Counted from the stretch's first letter, positions 27,989 through 37,634 are shown. The stretch is 46,840 nucleotides of DNA from Slackia sp. (GCA_030532315.1 JAUNLI010000002.1:1-46840); one strand, 5' to 3'. Translations and numbers: made by a program. Notes: generated by a model from the letters alone, not told the origin.

Positions 27989-29851
27989 CTACGCCGCCGC
28001 AGGCCCCTTCTCGTCCACGAAGTAACGCTTGTACCAGATCAAGAAGGTCAACGTGGTGTAAATCTTGCGATGGTTGAGCGCGCGACCCTCGAAGTGTTCA
28101 TCGAGCATGGCCATAAGCTTTTCCGTATCGAAGAACTCTTCGGCCCACGGCGCGGTGAAATACTCCTTCACGTAGTCGTAGTATTTCTGCTCGCGCAGCC
28201 AGAACTTAATCGGCACGGGGAAGCCCTTCTTCGGACGCGTAGCCCATTCATCAGGCAGCACGCGGTTGGCCGCATGGCGCAGCACCTGCTTGTTGCCGTT
28301 CTCGTTCACGCGGTAGCGCGCGGGAATGTGCTGGGCGAACTCCATGACCTTCTTGTCCAGGAAGGGCACGCGCAGCTCGAGCGAATGAGCCATGCACATC
28401 TTGTCGGCCTTGAGCAGAATGTCGCCCGGCAGCCACATGTTCATATCGAGGTACTGGCGCTTGGACAGGTCGCAGAAGTTCTGCACGCGGTCATACACCG
28501 GCGCACACAGCTCGAAGGCGTCGGGGCCCTTGGCGTATTCGGGCTTCACCACGTCGTCGATTTCGTCGGCGCGATAGATGAACGCCTGGCCCGTGAACCA
28601 TTTCTCGGGCATCTCGGCAGCCTTCAACAAGAAGTTGCGACCCTTGAAATAAGCCTTGTTCTCGACGAACTTGCCCAGGCTGCGGCGAATGCCGCGCGGC
28701 ACGATGCGCTTGAATCGGGCAAGCGAAGGCACGTCTTCGTAATAGGCGTAACCTGCGAACAGCTCGTCGGCACCCTCGCCGGAAAGCACCACCGTCACCT
28801 GCTCGGATGCAAGCTTGGCCAAGAACCACAGCGGCACGCTGGACAAATTGCTCTGCGGCTCATCCATGTGATACTGAATCTCGGGCAGCGTGTCGAAGAA
28901 TTCGTCGGCCGTCACCATTTTGCGGAAGTTCTTGATGCCCAGCTTGTCGGAAAGCTCGGCGGCATAGTTCGTCTCGTTGAAATCCTTGTAGTCGAAGCCC
29001 ACCGAGAACGTGTTGTCAGGCATGAGGCACGCAGCGATATAGCTGGAATCGACGCCGCCCGACAAAAACGAGCCCACCTTCACGTCGGCGATGCGATGCG
29101 CGGCCACGCTCTCGTGAACCACCTGGTCGCATTCTTCGACATACTGATCGAAAGTTTTGGAATCGTCGTCGGAGAAATCGGCATCCCAATAACGGCGCAC
29201 GTCCATCGTGCGCGTGGCCAGGTCGTATGTGAAGCAATGCGCCGCAGGAAGCTTATAGACGCCTTCGAAGAACGTTTCGTCGGTAGCGGGGAACTGCATG
29301 GTCAGATACGGGCGCAGAGCCTGTTTGTTCACGGCCTTCACAAAGCCGGGATGCTCGAGGAAGCTCTTGATTTCGCTGCCGTAAAGCAGATCGCCCTGGG
29401 CGGTGGTGCAGTAATAGAACGGCTTGATGCCGAAGATGTCGCGTGCACCGAACAAGCGGTTTTTCTTCTTGTCCCAGATGACGAACGCATACATGCCACG
29501 CAGACGGTCAACGATGCCTTCGCCCCATTCCTCATAGCCGTGAAGGAGCGATTCCGTATCGGCGCCGCAATGGAATTCGTAGCCTTTGGCCTCGAGCTCG
29601 CGACGCAGCTCCTGAAAATTGTAGATTTCGCCGTTGAACGTAATCACCACGCTGCCGTCGGCGTTGCTCATGGGCTGTGCGCCCGCTTCGGTCAGGTCGA
29701 GAATGGACAGACGGCGAAAGCCCATGGCCACACCGTCGGTCAGAAACCCGTCGCCCATGTCGGGGCCGCGATGGACGATGCGGTCCATCATGGCCTGCAG
29801 GACCTGCTGCCTGTTTTCGATATCACCGGTGAATCCGACGAATCCGCACAT
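27989..29851 (-). CDS. asnB: Asparagine synthase (glutamine-hydrolysing)
   Basis: MCGF Ntn start, HRGPD, RRLSILDL, FNGEIYN, FLSGGVDSS, LSGEGADELFAGY, ELRVPFLD. Confidence 0.96.
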   Translation of the reverse strand: MCGFVGFTGDIENRQQVLQAMMDRIVHRGPDMGDGFLTDGVAMGFRRLSILDLTEAGAQPMSNADGSVVITFNGEIYNFQELRRELEAKGYEFHCGADTESLLHGYEEWGEGIVDRLRGMYAFVIWDKKKNRLFGARDIFGIKPFYYCTTAQGDLLYGSEIKSFLEHPGFVKAVNKQALRPYLTMQFPATDETFFEGVYKLPAAHCFTYDLATRTMDVRRYWDADFSDDDSKTFDQYVEECDQVVHESVAAHRIADVKVGSFLSGGVDSSYIAACLMPDNTFSVGFDYKDFNETNYAAELSDKLGIKNFRKMVTADEFFDTLPEIQYHMDEPQSNLSSVPLWFLAKLASEQVTVVLSGEGADELFAGYAYYEDVPSLARFKRIVPRGIRRSLGKFVENKAYFKGRNFLLKAAEMPEKWFTGQAFIYRADEIDDVVKPEYAKGPDAFELCAPVYDRVQNFCDLSKRQYLDMNMWLPGDILLKADKMCMAHSLELRVPFLDKKVMEFAQHIPARYRVNENGNKQVLRHAANRVLPDEWATRPKKGFPVPIKFWLREQKYYDYVKEYFTAPWAEEFFDTEKLMAMLDEHFEGRALNHRKIYTTLTFLIWYKRYFVDEKGPAAA

Positions 29852-30304
29852 AAGGCACCTTTCGTATAAGGGATATAGGCCGTCATCCTGTAGACGCGAC
29901 CCCTGTATTCCAAAAATATGATTTTACCGCCTTCGCAAGGCGAACGATGAAATTACGCCATTTCACTATGCGCACGTCATGCATGTACGGGAAGTGCGCA
30001 ATTTAAACGCACGGCAGAGCAGGCGCAAGAAGACGAAAGCAGGCGCCGCATGCGGCCGGTGCGGTCAGAATTCGGGCGCGGCGGGCAGGGCAGAGAGCGG
30101 GCGACAAAACACGCACGCGAAAACACGGGGCAGACGGAAGCGCACAAGCAGCATAGGGGACAAACAACAAGCGCGCATCGGGCGAAAACGCACGAAAGCC
30201 GGCCAGGATATTGCCTGGACCGGCTTTCAGGAAGCGCCTCGGCCACGTTGTGAGCCGATGCGAAGCAGTTGGCGGTTCTGAAGACGCAGCCCCGAACCGA
30301 GACG

Positions 30305-32671
30305 CTATTTCTCCAAGAACGACTGGCAGAAGCGCATCAGAAGCATGGCCATCTGAGCGCGCGTCGAATCATCCTGAGGTGCAAGCGTCATGGTGTCGCC
30401 GATGCCCTTGAACAGCCCCTGGGCAACGCCCCACGACAGCGCATCCTGGGCAAACGTGTTGACATCGGACGCATCGCCATATGCAGACAGATCGGCACGC
30501 GAAGAGGTGTCGAAGTCCTTGTGGGCCGCGAAACGCATCAGGAACGTGGCGAACTGTTCGCGTGTCACCTCGTCTTCAGGGCCGAAGACACCCGTGTCGC
30601 CGTAGCCGTGCGCGATGCCGTTTTCGGCCGCCCACGCAATGGGCTTGGCATACCACGCGTTCGGGTCGATGTCGGAAAATGCCTGGTCGTTCTGCGGCTC
30701 GGGAGACCCCGCCATGCGCCACAGCACCATGGCCGTCATCGCGCGCGTGGTGGTCGATTCGGGCTCGAACGAGGTTTCGGAAATGCCCGTCATGATCTTG
30801 TTCCACGTCACGTAATCGACCGCGTCGTGATACCACTGCGTCGACACCACATCACCGAATGAGACGCCCGGGCAGACGTTTTCGTGCTCGGGGTCATCGA
30901 TTGCGGGAGGCGTGGTGGGAGCATCGGGCGTTCCAGGCTGAGGCGTGGGTTCGGGCTCGGGCTCCGGTTCGGGATCGACCGTCCCGCCGCCACCGCCGCC
31001 GCCAGGACCAGGATTGGGTTCAGGGTCGGGATCGACCGTGCCACCGCCACCAGGGCCAGGGTTGGGATTGGGGTTGGGATCGCTATTTTTGAAGAACTCG
31101 AACGGCTTCTCGATGACCGCGCCGCTTGCGATGTCGGTGAAGACCAGCGTGTACGTTCCCGCCTCCATCGATTCGTTCAAGATTTCGAAACGAAGAAGCG
31201 CAGGGTTGTTGTCATCCTGCACCACGTTGAGAATGCCCGAATCGAAGGGGTTGCCATCAGGGCCTTTGACCTCGATGGACAGGTTGGGGGTATACGCCAG
31301 CGGCGCGTTGTTGGCATCGGCGAACGTCATCGTGCGTTCGACATTGCCAAGCTTGACCTCGATGCGGTTTTCGCCCTCGACTTCAAGAGAAGCAAGAGGT
31401 TTGTCGATCCCGCTGCGCGCGACCCACTGCGTTGTCTGGCCGACCTGCTGCCTGGCCAACGTATATCCCTGCTGCGTGGTGTACGGCTTAAACGTCACAT
31501 TGCCATTCGTCGCATCGCCGGCCTTCACATATGCATGGCCGTTTTGCACCGGTCCTGAAGTCTGAGAGTCGAACCCGTTAGTACGCATCTCGAACGTTCC
31601 CGTTAGCGCACCCGCCACCTCAAGCACGCCTTCCCCATGAAGTTTCACAAGCGCGCCATGCGGCGAATCGAAGCTTTCCACACGCATGGGATCAGCCGCA
31701 AACGTTGCATCGAGCGTCGATGCCTGATCGATCGCGACGGCACCGTTGTTCGCAAACGCCGCCGGATCCACCTTCAGGTTCGATCCCTTGATATCCACCT
31801 TATCGAACCCGGAAATGCTCACAGGGCTAGACGGGCTGAAGCCGTTAAGGTTCAGGCTCGCTCCGTCCGCGACACCCGCCTGCCTTTGATTCTCAATTTT
31901 CTCGACGACGACCTTCGTCGCACCCAAGTTCACATTGACGGAACCCGTCACTTTGCCCGCAACGCCATCGGCCGAAAGACGGTCGATCACCTTCGCGCCC
32001 GACGTCAGGTTGATTTCGACATCGCCGGCGTAATCACCGGTCTGACTACCCGCGTAAATGCCCTGGAACTCCATCGTGGTGCCTGCGGGGGCCTCGACGG
32101 CCAGGGTCGATTTCTGGCCCGCACGACCGGGGTTCTCCATGATGCCGTTCGCCTTGCCGCCGTAAACGGTCGGCCTGGAAGTGTTCTGCGTGTAATTCTT
32201 CACGTTGTTCATGGAAAGGCCGTGGCCGTTCAACGACACCGACGTAGCGAAAAATTCGATGCCGTCGAACGTCACATCGGCGCCGAGCACGAGCGCCGGA
32301 CGGCAACTCAAACCACCTGCGCCATGATAGCCCGTGATATTCAGGCTTTTGTTCATCGCAAAAAAGCCGTCCATGCGTTTGTCGTCACCATCAAGGATGG
32401 TAGCCGTGTTCATCAGAGCGATCGTATCGCCGTCGCTGGCGGCATGATACGCCTTGGCGAAATCGTTGAACGGATCGGCTTCGCTGCCGGTGCCGTCCAC
32501 CGACCCTTCGAGCACCTTCACATACCACGTCTTGGCCTCATGCGGCTGCGTTGCAGCGGCAAGCTCGACCTGCGCCATGTCGGCGGGCGCGGCAAATGCC
32601 GCAACTGGAACGCCCGTCGTGGCCAAAGCCACCGCCGAAGCGGCAGCAATCACCCTGGTTATCTTCTTCAT
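30305..32671 (-). CDS. Secreted surface protein with C-terminal SLH domains
   Basis: Signal peptide ending AFA, P/G linker, SLH motifs FGDV..WY, TTRAM, FSDI..WY, VTREQ, STRAQ. Confidence 0.9.
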   Translation of the reverse strand: MKKITRVIAAASAVALATTGVPVAAFAAPADMAQVELAAATQPHEAKTWYVKVLEGSVDGTGSEADPFNDFAKAYHAASDGDTIALMNTATILDGDDKRMDGFFAMNKSLNITGYHGAGGLSCRPALVLGADVTFDGIEFFATSVSLNGHGLSMNNVKNYTQNTSRPTVYGGKANGIMENPGRAGQKSTLAVEAPAGTTMEFQGIYAGSQTGDYAGDVEINLTSGAKVIDRLSADGVAGKVTGSVNVNLGATKVVVEKIENQRQAGVADGASLNLNGFSPSSPVSISGFDKVDIKGSNLKVDPAAFANNGAVAIDQASTLDATFAADPMRVESFDSPHGALVKLHGEGVLEVAGALTGTFEMRTNGFDSQTSGPVQNGHAYVKAGDATNGNVTFKPYTTQQGYTLARQQVGQTTQWVARSGIDKPLASLEVEGENRIEVKLGNVERTMTFADANNAPLAYTPNLSIEVKGPDGNPFDSGILNVVQDDNNPALLRFEILNESMEAGTYTLVFTDIASGAVIEKPFEFFKNSDPNPNPNPGPGGGGTVDPDPEPNPGPGGGGGGGTVDPEPEPEPEPTPQPGTPDAPTTPPAIDDPEHENVCPGVSFGDVVSTQWYHDAVDYVTWNKIMTGISETSFEPESTTTRAMTAMVLWRMAGSPEPQNDQAFSDIDPNAWYAKPIAWAAENGIAHGYGDTGVFGPEDEVTREQFATFLMRFAAHKDFDTSSRADLSAYGDASDVNTFAQDALSWGVAQGLFKGIGDTMTLAPQDDSTRAQMAMLLMRFCQSFLEK
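30945..31080 (-). repeat. Pro/Gly-rich tandem linker in SLH protein 1
   Basis: PNPNPNPGPGGGGTVDPDPEPNPGPGGGGGGGTVDPEPEPEPEP. Confidence 0.8.
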
Positions 32672-32931
32672 TTCCCCTCCTGCAAAGCGACGCCAACAAA
32701 GCGTCGTTTCCCCTCGTATGCATCAACACGAAACGCCACAAGGCGCCCCAACCAGACAATCCTGCGCGCGCATGGCCTGGCACCGAAAGCGGCCGACCCG
32801 AAGCTGCAACACGCCCCGTCTTAACGGTGCGATGCGCAACTGCAGCCCGCCTGGCTTCGAAAGCATCCAAGCCGGAAAACACGCCCCTCCGCTTTCGATT
32901 TGCGACAGGCTACGCAAACCGAAAGACTTCG

Positions 32932-33031
32932 GCAATGCACGCCGTCAAATGCACAAGAACTACCGATTCTCCCTCGTCATATATGTCTTCCGCACTCACA
33001 AAAAACGCCCCGCTTCGAAGCGGGGCGCGCA
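32932..33031. repeat. Direct repeat copy A (~100 bp, includes minus-strand terminator)
   Basis: GCAATGCA...AATGCACAAGAACTACC...CCCTCGTCAT...GTCTTCCGCACTCACAAAAAACGCCCCGCTTCGAAGCGGGGCGCGCA. Confidence 0.95.
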
Positions 33032-33152
33032 CGAACCCATGACGACCTCGACACGATCCGTGCGCCAGCAGACCGTACGGCGGGGGTGCCGAATCGCATG
33101 CGGACACCGAAAAACAGCTGCATATCGGCGGAAAGTATGCTGGAGATGCGAT

Positions 33153-33181
33153 TTGACAAGTTCTCCCAGAGCGCTTATTTT
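33153..33181 (+). promoter_or_regulatory. Sigma70 promoter of the abi gene
   Basis: TTGACA-17-TATTTT. Confidence 0.65.
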
Positions 33182-33187
33182 AATGAG

Positions 33188-33260
33188 AGTGGTTATGGCG
33201 ACGATATTCACGGATACGTCGCCCGCGAAAGCGGCTTCCTACGGGCGGCCGCTTTTCTTA
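33188..33260 (+). ncRNA. Structured leader / candidate RNA antitoxin of the AbiF-like gene
   Basis: Hairpin GGCGACG...CGTCGCC, then terminator-like AAAGCGGC...GCCGCTTTT, lying between promoter and RBS. Confidence 0.55.
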
Positions 33261-33274
33261 TATCGAGGTGCATT

Positions 33275-34183
33275 ATGAGCAAGCCTTTCAAGACGATAGA
33301 AGAGCAAATCGCATTGCTTAACATGCGCGGGGTGAAGACCGACCTGAATACTCCCGCGGTTCTCTTGAGAGAGAGCTACTACTCGATAGTCAACGGCTAC
33401 AAAGAGCCGTTCATCGACCAAGACGCGTCGAATGCGGCGCAGGACGACCGATACAAGAAAGAGACCGAATTCTCAGACCTCCATTCGCTTTTCAAATTCG
33501 ACAGGAACCTACGGGAAACCACGTTTCACTACCTCATCAGGGCGGAAGCTCTTGTAAGGACTGTTTGCGCGTACACATTCTCCGAAGCCCATAGAGACCC
33601 GGATTCCTATCTTGACCAGGCGAACTTCGCCTCCGAGAAGGAATATACGGAATACGGGCTGGCAAACTATCGATTCAATCTTCAGAAGCTGCATTCGGAG
33701 CTGTTCAATAAAGCAAACAGGAGCAAGAGGGAATTCATCGAGCACTATAGGAACAACCATTCGAGCGTCCCTTTGTGGGTTCTGTCGAACGACATGACAT
33801 TTGGAAACATCGAGCATTTCTGCAATCTCATGAAGCCAGACGAGCAGTCACTCGTTTGCAGAAGAATCGTCGAAGCAACAGGGAAAACAGGAAGCAAGTA
33901 CGGATTCTTCTCGACGAAGGAAATGAGGATAGGGCTCGACATCCTCGTGAAATTTAGAAATATCTGCGCACACGACGAACGCCTATACTGTGCGAAAGTG
34001 GGCGGCCGAAAGAATGTCGATTACGTTCGTATGCTCACTTACTTAAGACGATATGTGACCGAGGCGGAATTCGCGGAGCTGATAGGACGTATTGCAACGC
34101 TCGTGGATGAGTTTTCCAACGAAAGCGCCGCGGTTTCGCACGTACTTATGAAGATGGGGTTCGGAAAAATCGAAGCAGAGTAG
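33275..34183 (+). CDS. Abi_2 (AbiD/AbiF-like) HEPN RNase
   Basis: KPFKTIEEQI, SYY...NGYK, FDRNLR, VPLWV...MTFG, HEPN motif RNICAH; RBS GAGGTG; visibly lower GC than flanks. Confidence 0.92.
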   Translation: MSKPFKTIEEQIALLNMRGVKTDLNTPAVLLRESYYSIVNGYKEPFIDQDASNAAQDDRYKKETEFSDLHSLFKFDRNLRETTFHYLIRAEALVRTVCAYTFSEAHRDPDSYLDQANFASEKEYTEYGLANYRFNLQKLHSELFNKANRSKREFIEHYRNNHSSVPLWVLSNDMTFGNIEHFCNLMKPDEQSLVCRRIVEATGKTGSKYGFFSTKEMRIGLDILVKFRNICAHDERLYCAKVGGRKNVDYVRMLTYLRRYVTEAEFAELIGRIATLVDEFSNESAAVSHVLMKMGFGKIEAE

Positions 34184-34189
34184 TTGGCG

Positions 34190-34330
34190 AATACGAATCC
34201 AATGCCAGCAAGCTCCTTTTCCAGCGGGCATGCGACGGAAGCAAACCCACGCCGGCCGTCATCTCGGCCATCCTCTTGAGGCTCGCCCCCTTGGCGACAT
34301 AGAGGGTTTCATAGGCGATCGCCTCCTCTC
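34190..34330 (-). pseudogene. Gene fragment, possibly the N-terminus of a DprA-like protein
   Basis: EEAIAYETLYVAKGASLKRMAEMTAGVGLLPS reads as protein-like but lacks a clear start and is truncated; family recalled from memory only. Confidence 0.25.
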
Positions 34331-34532
34331 GGTAGGCGCCACCCGCACGCAGACTTTGCTGACGATGGATGATTGTGTCAGAGCCATCCCCGGAATCGCC
34401 CTTCGCGGTTAGGCGCATTGATGCTCGGTCGGCGATCGAGACCGACATGGAGTCCGAAAATTCCGTGAGAACACGGGAGCTGCGGTGAATTCGCAGAACG
34501 GCAATAACAGGGACGACTGTCGGGAGAAATAA

Positions 34533-34559
34533 GAAAGACCCGAACCTGTCGGGTCTTTC
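34533..34559. terminator. Hairpin, probable terminator downstream of brnA
   Basis: GAAAGACCCGA-acctg-TCGGGTCTTTC. Confidence 0.6.
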
Positions 34560-34737
34560 CAGGCGTCGCCCGAAGGCTTCCGCCGCTATTACGAGAACAC
34601 ATTACCATATCCAACGCAAGGCGACGTCTTCTGTCGTCGGCATTCCGCCGCGCGATTTCCGTGATGGCCTCGTCCATGGCCATGTCCTCGTTCCTGTTTT
34701 CCTGCCGTACGGAATGTCGGTTGCGATTCCATGCGGG

Positions 34738-34968
34738 CTAGACGAAGGAGAGGCGCTTCTCCTCTGCCGCGCATTCGCTCAGATAAAGGTTCATGATGGT
34801 CTGATAGGGGACCCCCGTACGCCGGGCCTCGGCCTTGAAGTAGTCGACGGTGTCGCCGTCGACGTTTATGGTGATGCGGCGCCGCGTCCTGCCGACGTAG
34901 GGGTTCGGGATGCTTTCCGAGAAGTCGACCTCGGCGGGCATCGCCGCGCTTTCCTTCATGTCAGCCAT
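34738..34968 (-). CDS. brnA: BrnA-family antitoxin
   Basis: DFSESIPNPY, ITINVDGDTVDYFK, GVPYQTIMNLYL; overlaps the toxin stop. Confidence 0.88.
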   Translation of the reverse strand: MADMKESAAMPAEVDFSESIPNPYVGRTRRRITINVDGDTVDYFKAEARRTGVPYQTIMNLYLSECAAEEKRLSFV

Positions 34969-35248
34969 TTCGATACCTCCAATACTGCCTCTCCTCGGAT
35001 TTGGTCGATTTCCTGGCGGATATTATCCTGATGGTCGATCCGCCGCGCCTCTCGCAGTGGCACACCGTGAGCACCCGCGACTCGAGATCCATGCCTATGA
35101 GAAAGAACCTCTCCTCGAAATCCGAGTGCTTCACGTCGGGCGTGACGCGGGCGTAGGGATCGGAGAATGCGGCCGCGGCCGCCTCGAAGCGTACGCCGTG
35201 TTTCTCGGCGTTGACGGCCGCCTTGCGGTCGTCCCATTCGAAGTCTAT
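34961..35248 (-). CDS. brnT: BrnT-family toxin (no canonical in-frame start near the domain)
   Basis: FEWDDRK...N.EKHGVRF, HSDFEERF, IRIISARK; the domain begins at ATA-GAC-TTC-GAA-TGG. Confidence 0.8.
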   Translation of the reverse strand: MDFEWDDRKAAVNAEKHGVRFEAAAAAFSDPYARVTPDVKHSDFEERFFLIGMDLESRVLTVCHCERRGGSTIRIISARKSTKSEERQYWRYRNG

Positions 35249-35303
35249 GCATGCATGAAACAGAGCGCTCGGTATTCGGGGATTTTTTCTTGCAAGCCGA
35301 AAC

Positions 35304-35331
35304 GAACCCTCCCGCACATGCGGGAGGGTTC
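35304..35331 (-). terminator. Terminator of SLH gene 2
   Basis: GAACCCTCCCGCA-ca-TGCGGGAGGGTTC. Confidence 0.75.
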
Positions 35332-35365
35332 CGGAAGAAAGGAATGCTGCTCGAGGTTCGGGCCT

Positions 35366-37237
35366 CTATTGGTTTCCGTGGCTGCCGTCCATGGTCTGAA
35401 GCGTCTCGCCGGTGTAGCACCACGCCTCGCCGGGCGTGCCGCCCGCCTCGCGGATGAGTTTGGCGAGGTCGTGGGTCTGCTGCTTGGTGTTGCGGTCGTT
35501 GCCGTACTCCCAGCGGACGATCTTCGACCCGCTGTTGAAGGCGGCCTTCTTGGAGGAGTACGTCCTGCCGTCGGCGCAGGTGAAGACGTAGGTGACGGGA
35601 CGCTGCTGGACCGTGGTGGGGAAGTCCTTCGCCTCGGTCTCGTTGTAGGAGTAGAGCTTCTGGCGCTCCGCCTCGCTCTTCGGCGTCTCCCAGTGGCCGC
35701 CCGTCTTCACGAGAGCCCACACGGTCGTGAAGGTGTCGCCCGACACGGTGTCCCAGTCCTCGTTGAACGGGGCATCGAGGTCTTCCATTGAAAGCCCGAG
35801 GTCGAGGCGCGCCTGCGCGAGCTTCTTCATCTCCTCGGTCTGGTGGTGGACGCCGCCTTCGCTGAGCACGTCGTAGACGCCGTCGATAGAGCCCGTGCCG
35901 TTGACGGCGCATGTGGTCGTCCACTGCGGCGTGTACTCGGTCACCCACACGGCGTCGGCGGAGGGCTTGTCGCCCTGCTCCGCCTGCGTGCGGACGGTCT
36001 TGCTGATGGCGTCGCTCGCCGCGAGGCCATCGTGGGCGGCGGTGCGGGCGTAGACGGTGTACTCCGTGTCGGGCGTCAGGCCCGTGAACTTGACGCCCAG
36101 GCGCGACCCCTTGGTCCATTCGCCCCCGTCGATTCGGAACTCGCATTCCAGATTGACGCTCATGCCGTCGGCGTCGGTGGCGCGGACGCCGAAGGACGTC
36201 TGGCCGATGCTGCGCACCTCGATCTCCGCCGGCGCCTCGGCCTTCTGCTCCTCGCCGCCGCCCTGGGCCGCCAGCGTGCGGAAGGTCACGTCGGCGACGG
36301 GGCCCGCGGGCCTGTCGCCGACGCGGGCGACGCGGACGTGCGCGGTGTACTCGGTGTCGGCCGCGAGGCCGTCGAGCACGGGGGAGTCCTGCCACCTCGA
36401 GCCGATCGCGAACTCGCACTCGGCGGTGATGTCGCGGCCGTCGGCGGAGAAGGCGCGGATGGCCGCGGAGCCCTGCGTGACGTCGTAGGCCTCGACGCGG
36501 GCGATCTCGAGCGCCTCCTCGCCGCCTCCGCCCTGGCCGGGCTCCCATGCCGACGCCTTCACGGCCAGCTTGGCGAACTGCGCGCGGGTGGTCGCGCCCT
36601 TCGCGTCGAGGTAGGAGGTGCCGTCGGGGCGCACGTGGCCGCCCATCACGCCCTCGTTCGCGAGCCACAGGAAGTAGGGCTCGGCCCAGGCGGACAGCTC
36701 GTCGGCGCCGGACGTGCCCTCGGGCCAGGCGAGGCCGTCGGCGGAGACGTCGGCGCCGCGGAACGTCTCGACGTAGGAGGCGACGACCTTGGCCATCTCC
36801 TCGCGGCTGATCCCGTCGTCGGGGCGCACGGTCGTTGTGCCGTCGCCGTCGCCGGTGAACACGCCGTTCGCGTAGGCCCAGTTCATCGCGCGGGTGTACC
36901 ACATGCTCCCCGCCACGTCGGACCAGGGGGTCTCGTTCTCGGCGTCGAAGACGCCCTCGGGCAGCGCCGCGCCCTGCGCGCGGCACAGCATCTCGGCGAC
37001 CTGGGCGCGCGTGACGCCCTCCTCGGGGCGGAACGTGCCGTCGGGGTATCCGCGCACGATGCCCGCGTCGACGGCCTCCTGGACGTGGCCGACGTACCAG
37101 GCGCCGGGGACCACGTCGGAGTCCGGGAAGCCCGCCGCGGCGAACGCGGTCGCGGGCATCGCCAGGCTCCCGGCGAGCAGCGCCGCGCAGGCGGCGCGGC
37201 CGGCCCCGGCCTTGAAGAACCTTGTCTCTTTGCGCAT
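35366..37237 (-). CDS. Secreted protein with N-terminal SLH domains and two Fn3-like repeats
   Basis: Signal peptide ending AFA, GYPDGTFRPEEGVTRAQ, ISREE, TTRAQ; repeats GLAADTEYT and GLTPDTEYT; very GC-rich codons. Confidence 0.9.
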   Translation of the reverse strand: MRKETRFFKAGAGRAACAALLAGSLAMPATAFAAAGFPDSDVVPGAWYVGHVQEAVDAGIVRGYPDGTFRPEEGVTRAQVAEMLCRAQGAALPEGVFDAENETPWSDVAGSMWYTRAMNWAYANGVFTGDGDGTTTVRPDDGISREEMAKVVASYVETFRGADVSADGLAWPEGTSGADELSAWAEPYFLWLANEGVMGGHVRPDGTSYLDAKGATTRAQFAKLAVKASAWEPGQGGGGEEALEIARVEAYDVTQGSAAIRAFSADGRDITAECEFAIGSRWQDSPVLDGLAADTEYTAHVRVARVGDRPAGPVADVTFRTLAAQGGGEEQKAEAPAEIEVRSIGQTSFGVRATDADGMSVNLECEFRIDGGEWTKGSRLGVKFTGLTPDTEYTVYARTAAHDGLAASDAISKTVRTQAEQGDKPSADAVWVTEYTPQWTTTCAVNGTGSIDGVYDVLSEGGVHHQTEEMKKLAQARLDLGLSMEDLDAPFNEDWDTVSGDTFTTVWALVKTGGHWETPKSEAERQKLYSYNETEAKDFPTTVQQRPVTYVFTCADGRTYSSKKAAFNSGSKIVRWEYGNDRNTKQQTHDLAKLIREAGGTPGEAWCYTGETLQTMDGSHGNQ

Positions 37238-37373
37238 CTTCTCTTCCTTCCGTCGCATGTTCGCTTTCACACGGCACCATTGTGAACCCGTACCCCCCCC
37301 GGCAAGCCCCGATGCATCCAGGACGGCAAATTCCGCGGTCAAGAAAGAGCCTCTTGTCCAAACGACAGACGGC

Positions 37374-37472
37374 GCAATGCATGCCGCCGAATGCACAAGA
37401 ACTACCAATCCCCCTCGTCATATGCGTCTTCCGCACTCACAAAAAACGCCCCGCTTCAAAGCGGGGCGCGCA
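37374..37472. repeat. Direct repeat copy B
   Basis: Roughly 90% identical to 32932-33031 by manual alignment. Confidence 0.95.
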
Positions 37473-37533
37473 ACATGCGGCCGTTCCTTCCAGCCCGTTG
37501 CCGGGCACGAAACAATCTTGGTACAATACGAAG

Positions 37534-37612
37534 CGAGGACGCCCCAGCGCACTGGGCAGTGTTCTTACATCGTCAAAGCCGGGCTACTTTCCAGGGTGTC
37601 CCGGCTTCTTTT
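37534..37612 (+). ncRNA. Candidate convergent antitoxin sRNA
   Basis: TTGCCG-18-TACAAT promoter with extended TG (37498-37527); ends at AAGCCGGG...CCCGGCTTCTTTT. Confidence 0.55.
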
Positions 37613-37634
37613 ATGCGCGAATTGCGGTTCGCCG

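Noticed and set aside
29852-30300. T-box leader upstream of asnB
   Set aside because: No T-box sequence or terminator/antiterminator was recognisable.
34956-37436. 826-aa Arg-rich minus-strand ORF
   Set aside because: Alternative frame of the very GC-rich SLH2 gene; its composition is an artefact of codon bias.
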